DNA of 64,000 bases from Zootoca vivipara (lineage: Eukaryota), in NCBI RefSeq assembly GCF_963506605.1, contig NC_083283.1, forward strand, positions 31,372,001 to 31,436,000. The letters are read 5' to 3'. Under the pieces are notes generated by a model. That model was not told the origin of the DNA, did no database searches, and saw only the letters and a program-made list of their open reading frames with translations. Of the stretch, positions 53,501 to 64,000 are shown in pieces; the stretch's first letter is position 1; each line of letters begins with the position of its first letter. The position numbers were made by a program, and so were the translations under genes.

Positions 53501-56500
53501 CAGTAGGAAAATCCAAAAGGACTTCAGGAATCCATTTGGCTTTATAAGCTTTCAGTGGTAGCCTATGTAATGGGTACTCAATCCCTGCAGGTACCAAAAG
53601 CAGCCCAAATCTGACCAGGTAATTATCTGTCTGTAGCAATGAAACTAGTGAGTCAAGCATATGCTGGGCTGAATATCATTTGAAGCTTAGGGTTGTTGTG
53701 GGGGACAAGAAGTCCTGAGCTGTTTTTATCAAGGTGGCATTGGCATGAATATATGTCTCAGTTCAGAAATTGAGACTAGAAGATGGTAAAGTGGGCTGCA
53801 AACAGGCAGAAACTATTATTCTTTGAGAAGTCAACACTACGTGCACACATTTATATTTAGTATATTCAGTGGATTGTTGGGCTGAGTGAAACCTTGATGA
53901 ACCATGACAACGTTGATTGCTGTTCATGCTGATCCTGTACCTAGGAACTCAGTAAGCAAATTGCAAGAGGATAACCTCACCACCACCATCCAACCAACCT
54001 ATCTCTGTAATAATCAGCATCTTCATCCAGGATTAAATCCTGATGGCAGCAGTGTTACCTGACGCCTAGCTTTCAGGAGAAGCACTTGCAAGCTTGAAGA
54101 ATTGCAGTCATGTATATCAGGAAATGTAGGGTTAGAACAGGCATCCCTAAACTGCGGCCCTCCAGATGTTTTGACCTACAACTCCCATGATCCCTAGCTA
54201 ACAGGACCAGTGGTCGGGGAAGATGGGAATTGTAGCCCAAAACATCTGGAGGGCCGAAGTTTGGGGATGCCTGGGTTAGAGAAAGGATTTGAAAGTGATA
54301 GAGCATGCAATGCCTTGTCTTCCCTTCACCTGACCTTTCCAATTCCCACTGTCATATCTACATCTGTCTAGGACTCAGCAAAGGGTAACACCAGCAGCTC
54401 CAGCATTCCCCCTGCCTTTCCAAATACAGTACATATTTAATGGGCATGCCTTCCAGGCCCAAAGGCAACCTGCTTTGGTGCTGTCCCCTTCTGGGTCACC
54501 ATCACTGGTGCCCTGCAGTAGGACTGGTTTTAAAAAACCTTCCTCATAGGGCTGCTACAAATGTAGGCACAACTGGTGCTGATAGTAATGTCCTCACTGT
54601 GGAACTCCAGAATAAAATATACAAAAATGAAAGCAATATAACCTCAGCAGGCAAAACTTCCAGAAAAATCGATGAAAAAGGCATAAAAGTAACCATCCCA
54701 TCAAGGATAGTATCTAGCCAAATATACATTCCTCCCCACTACCAACTGCTTGCTTAGATTGTATACAGTCATACCTCGGTTTAAGTATGCCTCGGTTTGA
54801 GTATTTTTAGTTTAAGTACTCCATGGACCTGTCTGGAACGGATTAATCCACTTTCCATTACTTTCAATTGGAAAGTTCGCTTCAGGTTAAGTACGCTTCA
54901 ATTTAAGTACTCTACGGACCGTCTGGAACAGATTAATCCACTTTCCAGTACTTTCAATTGGAAAGTTCGCTTCAGGTTAAGTACAGACTTCCAGAACCAA
55001 TTGTGTTTGTAAACCGAGGTAACACTGTACTTAGGCATCTGAGGCAGTCTTAGTCTTAGAACTAGCAAGACTGAAATGTGTCAGGGTAGCCAACATAGCA
55101 CACCCCATATGTTGTTGGAGTACAACTCACATCAGCCCCTGCTAGTATGGCTGGTAGTCATGGAAGATGGGAAATGTAACCCAATAATTTTTAATCTGAG
55201 GCTACTTTAAATTGGTCTGCTCTCATTCACTCTGAGCAACTTAACCAGAAAAAGAAGAGTTGATACTAAATGGAAGGTTTTTCCTGCAGGAAAGGGTAGC
55301 TTTCCATTGTCTTTTTCAAAGAAATACTTGGGCATTTGTTGTGAAATCGATAAGGACTCACCCTTTATTAAAAACTATAAAGCACATTTAAAACAGTTCT
55401 AAACTATGCTGCCACTTCAAAGTGTGCTTTAAAAGCTTCCACATAGTTCATCCTCACGTTGCATGTTAGAGCACATGATCTAAATATATGCTAAATGTTT
55501 AGTGTTAAATATTTGATAAAACTGTGATTGTATTCCAGTGGCAAAATCTCTTTCCTCTACAAGGACACAGTGCCTTTGAGAAGAGATCTCTATAAGGTTT
55601 GCTGGAATCTCTTTTCTCCCCACACCCACCTCAGCAGGGAATAGGAAGTCTGTGTGCATATCACATATCTCCATTCAACTTTGACTGGGCTCGCAAGCAC
55701 CCTGGTGGTGGTGGGATATGGTGGGCATGTGCAGACCTTCCATTCTCCATAGTGATACCTGTGTGCATGTGCTGTGTGGTAAAAATAGAAATCTGAGCTC
55801 TATAGGGATCTGTCCCCCTATGGATGCTGTGTCTTTACATGAGAACAAATCATGCCTTGCTTTGCATTTGAAAGTAAAGCAAATTTATTAATAAAGTGTG
55901 TTGAATGTAGTAGATGTGAGGTAGGGCAGAGATAGTTCACCATGTGAAATTAAGGGTTGATATGTACCAGAGTAACCTTAATTTGTACCTTTCAGTTTTC
56001 CTGTTTTCGTATTTCAGGGCTTCCATAATTGTTTCTAATTTGTTACGGTATAATCATTTTTATTGCATTTGACTTTTACAGAAACTTGTAGTAATCCACT
56101 CATTTTGCTTCTAATTTCCTTTAAAGATTCTCTTTTTTCTAATAACTTAATAATTTGGATGTAAAAAGGGTGGGGTTGAATTCTTTCCCCTTCCTTGAGT
56201 AAACAAATTAGTCATTTGTTACTTCTGTAGCTCCTGAGTAGGTCTGTGATACAGTATCTAATAAGAGAATGCATTGGGGAACAACTGAAGCCTGGGCATT
56301 TTTTAAAAAATACCTATAAGAAAAGGACAAAACTTGTCTTTGAAGCTTGTGTGTAGCTTGTGACTGCTGCTAGTGTTGCTATTGTACTCTAGAAACAGAA
56401 ATATCAATGTAAATTTATGAAAAACTTCCTCTTGCGCTTATGTTTGGGGATTTCTTTTACAATGTAGCAACCTGCCAATGTTCACTTCATTGTCATAAAA

Positions 56501-59500
56501 TTTACAGTTCCTTTCCATATTAAAAGCCTGCACCTGAAATGAACAGAAGGACTGTGTGTTCTTCAGTTGCAAGTTAGTGACTAACACCACAATCCGAACC
56601 CTGGTTTAAGCTGCACAGCCCTGATTCCACTTACCTAGTAGTAAGCCCTATTGAATTAAATAGGACAAACGTTTGAGTTGACATGGTTAGAGTTAGCACA
56701 TGGTTTACAATTGCAGTATAATTTACAAGGTATTATGTACATTTTAATGCACTTTTCATGCTGGAGTCCCAGGGTAGAGTACAACAGTTAATTAAAACAG
56801 AAAAAGTACAAAATTTCAATTAAACAATAATTAAAATAGCAACAACACAATAAAATATCTTGGCATTTTAAACATCGCTATGCAGAACTCTTCATTGCTA
56901 TCTAACCATGCTGTGTTGGTGGTTTCGACTTCAATTCCCCCCACCCCACTTCCTAGTTTGAGAAGGATCCAGGGCAGCATCTATTAATAGTATTTCCCTT
57001 TTCTTGCTGTTTTAGGCTTCGTGCACTTTAAAGCAAAGCCAGAATGCCAATATTTATGCAAGTCGTTTTTAAAATGCACACATACACAAACACAAACTTT
57101 GGACCCCACTGTTCTTACCTTCTATATTTCTTCTGCTGCATTTGCTTCATCTGTGATATAGCCTCATACTCCATGTTTGGACTGGTTACAACCCCACAAC
57201 CCCTGTAATATTGTGTATACTGTGGTATCTGCTAGGCTCAAGCATTGAAACAAATTATTATCATCGAAAGAACACTGTAGATCACCTGGATGCTTTGTTT
57301 TTCAACTGTTGGGTGTAGATAGCACTCAGGTGTGAACCTGCAGCATATTTGGTTTATGAAATTGTAAATATGTTGTTTGATGGCAACTTCACATCAATAG
57401 CCTGATCCTACATTATTATTATTATTATTGAGTAAGTCTGTCTTCAGTGGTTTACTCCTCTGCTTAAAGAGTATGTGAATCAAGCCTGAACGATAATCTT
57501 TTTTAAACCAATAGACCAATAGATTGACATAATAGATGGACCAATAGAGGGAACCAATAGATGGACATAATTGTTCAAGTATAAGTCATATTAGGAACAG
57601 ATCGAGGAAAGTCTGCCTTGCATAATCTCTAAACTCAATAAAATCTTGAGATAAATTTTAAAATAAAATCTCTAGCCCTCATTGTAGCAAAGAAATTCTG
57701 AAGATACTGAAATTCAAAAAGGAGACTCTCCAGATGTAGGCCACAATAGTTTAATAGTTTAGGCACACTCAGGGCATTCAAAATTCTCAGTGAACAGCAC
57801 CTCCCTGTGCCATAAAGCAGAAAGTCCCTCCATTTCTTATGTTGTTTCTCCATACGGTATGGGTAACTGCTGTTGGTGAAATACAAGTCCCAAGTTCCAC
57901 TGGCGATGCAGAGGTTGTGTTCCATTTCTCTGGATCTTGACTAATTGGCTACATTTTTTTTCCAAAAAAAAGAAGCTGCTTGTCACTCTGAATAATACTG
58001 CTATACACCAATGTATGGAATTAATAGTACCAAAGGAAAATAAGTTTTTACACTTCTCAGGAATTGTTTCCAGAAATGTCACACAGAATGAAAAGTTTAG
58101 ACTGGTGGCTTAGCATTGACACATGTCAGTCTTTTATTATATGAATATTTTTATACATTTTTTGACATGTATCATGTAAGCCTGTTTGGCAATACTGTTT
58201 GTTGGTCAGCAGTAATATGTACTATACAGTTACAACCGAAAGGAATATATTCTTTATGAAATATTTAAAAAGCTCCTCCTCTCTTTTTTTTAGAAGAGGC
58301 TACAGAAAGAACTGTTGGCTTTACAGAATGACCCACCACCAGGAATGACTTTGAATGAAAAGAGTGTCCAAAATTCAATTACACAGTCAGTGTGTTTACA
58401 TTTTCATAATTTCTGTTCTAGCTGAAACTGAAAATGGGCAGGATGTTGTGTTTTCCTAGCAATATACTGTTTAAAAAATGTGAAACGTACAATATCTGAC
58501 CTACGTATATACATTAATTATTTTTGCAAGCATGTTATAGTATATTTATACATAGTTAGTTACCTATATTTGCAAGTATGGTATAGTGTAAATATGGGGT
58601 TGTATCCAGTGCTACACAGGGTTACGCTTGTGCAATGGGACTTGCATTTCCTCTCCTCAGGCCATGTGCCCCCAAAGTCTGCTTTGAAGGGTCTCCTAAC
58701 CCCTCTGAAACAGATTTTGACAAAAGGGAGCAAACAGGAGAGAAAGAAGTTCATTGTGTACAGAGGTCTCAGGTGCCTGCTGAGCTGTAGCATTGGCTGT
58801 ACCTATAGTAAGTATGGGATTTACGCAATCAGCAGCTGGAGCTGTTCTGTTACTCTCAAAATAGTTGGGTGGCAGTAAAGTTACAGATTTTTTTTTTAAA
58901 AAAAATTGTTATATTTATACCCTGCCTTTCTATAAAAAATGCCCAAGATGGCACTTTTAAATGAATACATTAAGAATGTTCTGTTTTTTATCTAGTTTGG
59001 GGCTGTTCATTCTAAAAGGAGTCACAAAACTCCACAGTTGGAATGCAGACTGATTTTAAAGGGTTTCTTTCGTCTACCTTTTCATGTGAGGTACTGAAAT
59101 AATTATAAAGTGAAAGGGCAAAAAACCTATGGACAATTGTTCTGTATTCTATAAAAATTTGTGTTCATGTTTGTTGACTTATTTGAAGGGAGCTGTGGTC
59201 AGTTATCAGTATAGCATCAAGGTGTCCAATATTCAGAACTGTACACATAGTTTACACAACTGAATTAGGAACTGCTTTCAGCAATGCACGGGTGACTGGG
59301 TAGTGCTGTCAGCTTCAAGTGATTTTGGTACAAAGATTGCTCACTTGGAGACATGATTTAAAAGGGCATCACTTTTTATAGAAAAGAATGGTATGTGGTT
59401 CTGGTAGTTTTGTGAATATTGAGAAACCTTCAGCCTTTTTTCCGTGAAATAACAAGTTCACATTTTGGGGTTGGCATCACAAAAGATTGCTTGTTATTGC

Positions 59501-62500
59501 CTTCAATTTTCAATAAAGTTAAATCTTCATTGCTCTTGATTAATTATGAATGTATTCATAATTTTTGTCAAAGTACATCAAGACAGTAATTTAAAATTTA
59601 TATTCACAATTTAAACAAAAGCAGCTCTTGCTAGAATTGCAATTTACCTGTTCACCCCTCCTGCTTTGAAATAGCTAATATTATTTGTTATTAGAAATTT
59701 GAATGGGTTATAGTCCAAATTTGATACCAGGCACAGTTCTGCTGGCAGGAGGTGGTAGACTGAATGTACAATTCAGAGACTTCCTTTAAACATGGCCAAG
59801 GATTAGCTCATGCAGTGGGACTTTTAAAGATGTTTTTCTGTAAGCATTAGACCTTCATCAACATTGAAAGTTGCTTTTTGCCACTATGAGATTTAAAAAA
59901 GCGCTCTTTTCAGTGTAGGAAATAGCTGCTTGCAAACTAAAACTCAAAACCTCCACTAGATATATTGAGTTACTAATTTTTGTCTCTGTGTTGTGTAATT
60001 TTATTTCCAAAGATGGATTGTAGACATGGAAGGTGCTCCTGGAACATTATATGAAGGGGAGAAATTTCAGCTGCTATTTAAATTCAGTAGTCGGTATCCA
60101 TTTGACTCTCCTCAGGTAACTTACACTATCATTTAGTTTCAATTTTAAACCACTTGTGTAGCAAAAGTTGATTATACATTGATTACAACTCATTGGGCGA
60201 AAGTCATTGCCACTCTAGCAGATATTGTGGAGTTTCCCTTTTTTCCTCCTCCCCTGCTCTGGAGGGTTCCTCAATCCTATGGAGCAGATTTTGGCACCAC
60301 ATGGGAGGCTGAAGTGGGGAAGGGAAAGGCCTCTGTGCATAAGTGGGATGCTACAATTGGATATCACACATTGTGTTATCTCTTCAGAGAGCAATAAGAA
60401 TAGGGTTTTTTTCTGGCAGTAAGTGCTGTTTTGTTTTTATTTATAATTTTCATTTATATATATTACAACAATTATTCAATCATAATTTTAACATTTCAAA
60501 CTCCAACTCCCTACCCCCTCTTTCTGTGGTTCTTTACATTTCTTTTCATCTTCCTGCATACTCCAAATTATCTCAACATATCTATTCCCATATATATCCC
60601 ATATGTATTTTGAAACTGTGGGTTTTTACATTAATCCTGCCAATGTGTTAATCTGTTTACAGTTCGATTGTAAATACTCAACAAACCATTTCCATTCCTT
60701 TCCGGATTTTTTTTTTATAAAAAAATGTTATCTTGATTTCTTATTCTCCCGGTAGGTTTCGCCATTTCTCCGTAGTCCATTAACTTCTGTATCCATTATT
60801 CTTTTGTCAAGACCTCTTCTTCCTTCCATTTTTGGGCACATAACATTCTTGCAGCTGTGGCTGCATACATAAATCAATTTATATACTGTTTAGATAATTC
60901 TGATCCCATAATTTCCAAAAAAAGCTTTGGTTTTTTAATTTTTAAAAAATGTTATCTTAAACATCTTTTTCAGTTAATTACACAACATCTCCCAGTAAGC
61001 TTTAACCTTATTACAAGGTACCATCCACATATGAAAAAAGGTACCAACTTTCTTTTTACATTTTCAACACATATTCAATTTCGATTTATACATTTTTGCC
61101 AATCTACTAGGTGTTAGGTATTATCTATATAGCATTTTTGTATAGTTTTCTATTGAACTATAACATGCTGTAAATTTTATATCCACATTCCATAAACGTT
61201 CCCATATATCCATTTCTACATTATGACTAATATTTGTTGCCTAATGTATCATTGAAGATTTCACTTGTTCATTCTTTGTCTCCCGAGCAATAAGAATAGT
61301 TTAGCCATAAATTGAGCACCTAATTACCCACCATGGAAAATAATATTGACATTTTGAGTGGCATTCCTGGTTCCATCAATTGACTGTGAACCTCATCTCT
61401 ATGCCTCATTCTTAGCATTCAGAGGAGATTTGCCTTCGTGCTTGTGAGTTTAAAATGGCTTGCTAAACAGGTGCAAACTGGATTAAAGTTTATATATAAC
61501 ATGGCTAGCTGTTTTTCACTGAAACCTAAAAATGCTGCACATATTATGTGACTTACCAGTATTTATATTAGAATAAAGTTATAAACTCAAACAAAAAAGC
61601 AGCCAGTCCTTGGTGGGGCCCCCAAGCCAGCTTAGCCCTCTGAGAACCAGGGCAAGTACACCCAGCTGCCCAACCCTCTGCATGGCCCTGGTTAGGGACT
61701 TTCCTTTTGCGGACTGCTTTTCAATGAGGTCTGCCTGGCATGTTCGTTGACATCTTTTTGGTGATAGGCAAATATACTGCAGTAACTTTTTTTTCTTAGA
61801 CCATGATGACGTTATTCACTATTAGTGTGCTGCCAAAGTTTTCTGCTTTTGTTATTGAGGGTGAGGAGAAGTTTTGTGTATTTTTAATGAATTGCATGTG
61901 TTTTTATGTGAATGTGTTGATGTTATAATGTATTTTTACTTTTGCTCATGTATTTAAATATGATGTAAATTGATTGGACACCTTATTGTGTAGCAAGTGG
62001 CCAACCATTTTGATAATTAAACAATATCCTTATCTTGGGCAAAAGAAAAGAAATAGCAAAATCTGTGTTGTGTGCATGGAATAAAAGAAGATCTGAAATC
62101 ATACCTTAGGAATTATTGTATATTGATCCTGTAAGGATAAAACTGGAAGCAAATTACGGTAGAAACACTCAGTTAATAAGATTTTTTTAAAAAAAAATGG
62201 CATAACTTTCTTGTGTGACAACATAATTAGAAAACAAAACAATGGACAATGTTCTTTTCTTCAGTTTCTCCTTTTAACTGGTCTTGGACAGAATGTTTTG
62301 ATTGAAAAGCAGAATACTGCTATGGCCATATTTAAAAATCTGGAGATGATAATATAAATCATTAAGAATTACTGCTTAAAATGGAGAGAAGATTTCAATA
62401 AGAATGTATTGAACAATGTTTGTAGTTAAATATGGGAAGAGCTGTAGTACTAGTAGAATACATTCTTTTTATGCAAAAGGTACCAGGTTCAGTCTAAGGT

Positions 62501-63009
62501 AGGGAAAGAGTACTGTCTGAAATCCTATAAAGTCAGTGTAGGCAGTGCTGAGTTGGATGGACCACTGGCCTGAACTATGTTCCAGTTAAAATATTAACAT
62601 AAAAATAGCTTAACTGAAAATAATTATAAATGTGCATGTTGGCACCATAGTAACTATGATATTATTAGACCACGTACTAGCAATATTAGGGTATGTGGAA
62701 CAGCTGGGTTTGAGGCAGCAGCTTGACCCAATTTATTATTAGGAGAGAAAAGAAGAAGAGAAATCCCATTTATTACATAGTGGATGACCAAGTGATAGAC
62801 TTTAAAACTTACATATTACAAGATAGAGAAAGCAGGATGCAATTGATGTTTTTTTTCCAAAACTGGAAAAGGAATAATGAGTATGGCTTATTTAGTTTGG
62901 TTGAAATTATGTCTTTTCATAAGGCATATATTTTAGTCCAATGACCAATGACTAAAACATGGAAGTTATATGAACTGTGTAATCAAATTAATTAAATCAT
63001 AGTTGATGT

Positions 63010-63045
<36 letters not shown>

Positions 63046-63264
63046 TAAATATATATATATACAGTGTCAATAAAATGCTAATATATTAATTCTTTATTTT
63101 ATTTTTAGGTCATGTTTACTGGTGAAAATATTCCCATTCATCCTCATGTTTATAGCAATGGTCATATCTGTTTATCTATTCTAACAGAAGACTGGTCTCC
63201 AGCTCTTTCAGTGCAATCAGTTTGTCTTAGCATTATTAGCATGCTTTCCAGCTGCAAAGAAAAG
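49650..63264 (+). CDS. UBE2W: Ubiquitin-conjugating enzyme E2 W, 5' part; join(49650-49664,58294-58385,60013-60115,63109-63264), continues beyond window
   Basis: MASMQ|[31 protein letters not shown]|[34 protein letters not shown]|[52 protein letters not shown]. Contains the UBE2W-specific HPH motif and the catalytic Cys. Confidence 0.97.
50829..51083. mobile_element. Tc1/mariner-type MITE
   Basis: TA TSD; TIR CAGTGGTACCTTGG. Confidence 0.85.
52188..52382. mobile_element. Degenerate hAT-like MITE
   Basis: Imperfect TIRs TAGAACTTTCTAAACT / AGTTTGGAAAGCTCTG. Confidence 0.55.
52638..52886. mobile_element. hAT MITE, same family
   Basis: TIRs CAGGGGT; perfect 8-bp TSD GCCTAGGG. Confidence 0.88.
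53110..53245. mobile_element. 136-bp hairpin hAT MITE
   Basis: TIR CAGGCATCCCCAAACT; TSD ATCTTGAG/ATATTGAG. Confidence 0.88.
53418..54120 (-). pseudogene. Candidate endogenous filovirus-like element, VP40 matrix-protein-like, decayed
   Basis: A colinear series of VP40-like motifs over three frames with stops: [115 protein letters not shown]. Compared by eye with Ebola VP40 recalled from memory. Confidence 0.6.
54138..54273. mobile_element. 136-bp hairpin hAT MITE (opposite orientation to 53110)
   Basis: TIR CAGGCATCCC; TSD GGTTAGAA/GGTTAGAG. Confidence 0.88.
54766..55027. mobile_element. Tc1/mariner-type MITE
   Basis: TA TSD; TIR CAGT..TACCTCGGTTTA; duplicated internal module. Confidence 0.82.
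58294..58385 (+). CDS. UBE2W: UBE2W coding exon 2
   Basis: 92 nt; donor GTCAGT. Confidence 0.94.
60013..60115 (+). CDS. UBE2W: UBE2W coding exon 3
   Basis: 103 nt; donor GTAACT. Confidence 0.96.
60404..61284 (-). mobile_element. L1-type LINE 3' fragment in UBE2W intron 3
   Basis: ORF2 C-terminal remnants; 15-bp TSD GAGCAATAAGAATAG (60389-60403 / 61285-61299). Confidence 0.8.
63010..63061. repeat. Compound (TA)n(GA)n(TA)n microsatellite
   Basis: Directly visible. Confidence 0.9.
63109..63264 (+). CDS. UBE2W: UBE2W coding exon 4 (active site)
   Basis: 156 nt, [13 protein letters not shown]; donor GTAAGT. Confidence 0.97.
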
Positions 63265-63513
63265 GTAAGTCTTTAGAAATAGCCTTGTGATACTACGAAA
63301 ACCTCCCATTCTAAAACTGAGGTTTTATTGATACTTTTTCCCCTTTCTAAGCGTGATGGAATAGTTTAGTAGTTCTAAGTTAAGTGATATGCTAGAACTG
63401 AAGGTCAAATGAGTCAATATTTACTGGGGGGGGGAAATATTTCTGTTGAGTAACTGTTACTGCAAGGATAAGGTTTTGTGTAGAAGAAAGGCAGTTGCTT
63501 TCCTAATGCAGTA

Positions 63514-63565
<52 letters not shown>

Positions 63566-64000
63566 TTATTATTTATACCCTGCCCATCTGGCTGGGTTTC
63601 CCCAGCCACTCTGGGCGGCTTCCAATAGAATAAAATAATTGATTAAAGATTTAAAGCCTCCCTAAACAGGGCTGCCTTCAGATGTCTTCTAAAAATCTGG
63701 TAGCTGTTTTTCTCTTTGACATCTGATGGAAGGGCGTTCCACAGGGCCCTCTGCCTGGTTCCCTGCAACTTGGCTTCTCGCAACAAGGGAAGTGCCAGAA
63801 GGCCCTCGGTACTGGACCTCAGCGTCCGGGCAGAACGATGGGGTGGAGACGCTCCTTCAGGTATACTGGACCGAGGCCATTTAGGGCTTTAAAGGTCAGC
63901 ACCAACAGTTTGAATTGTGCTCGGAAATGTACTGGGAGCCAATGTAGATCTCTCAGGACCGGTGTTATGTGGTGTCGGTGGTCGCTCCCAGTCACCAGTC
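63514..64000 (-). mobile_element. CR1/L2-type LINE 3' end with (TAA)n tail, extends beyond window
   Basis: GCCGCCCAGAGTGGCTGGGGAAACCCAGCCAGATGGGC terminus. The same terminus occurs at ~15985-16120, 17750-17890, 21325-21488 and 32315-32410. Confidence 0.8.

Noticed and set aside
54280-54760. Possible VP40 N-terminus or VP35 end upstream of the candidate viral element (e.g. EGFLKPV, 61-aa hydrophobic ORF)
   Set aside because: Similarities are short, spacing is inconsistent, and there is no PTAP/PPxY late domain or VP35 motif.
52900-55200. Filovirus gene-start/gene-end signals
   Set aside because: No convincing GANGAAGATTAA or ATTAAGAAAAA in the correct orientation. GATGAAGATG at ~54027 is inside the coding-like region, and ATTAAAAAAAA at ~52927 is on the wrong strand.

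Overview
Vertebrate genomic DNA, almost certainly a squamate. A lacertid lizard is inferred from the repeat content: Sauria SINEs, BovB, a tRNA-Lys/CR1-tail SINE and Penelope hairpins. Five spliced protein-coding genes can be reconstructed by hand with GT-AG junctions and matching phases: LY96/MD-2 (-, 161 aa, largely missed by the ORF track), TMEM70 (-, 255 aa), HAUS3 (-, 600 aa), ELOC (+, 112 aa) and the first four coding exons of UBE2W (+). The order LY96-TMEM70-ELOC-UBE2W matches the human 8q21 block, but an intron-containing HAUS3 sits between TMEM70 and ELOC. The most striking observation is a decayed minus-strand reading frame in UBE2W intron 1 (~53.4-54.1 kb). It matches both domains of the filovirus matrix protein VP40 motif by motif and in order, making it a candidate endogenous filovirus-like element in a lizard, flanked by two later hAT MITE insertions. 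Also notable: charge reversal of the MD-2 LPS-binding basic loop, and Penelope-derived hammerhead-ribozyme motifs, including a perfect 178-bp palindrome in LY96 intron 2. All homology calls are by eye from remembered sequences and need database confirmation.
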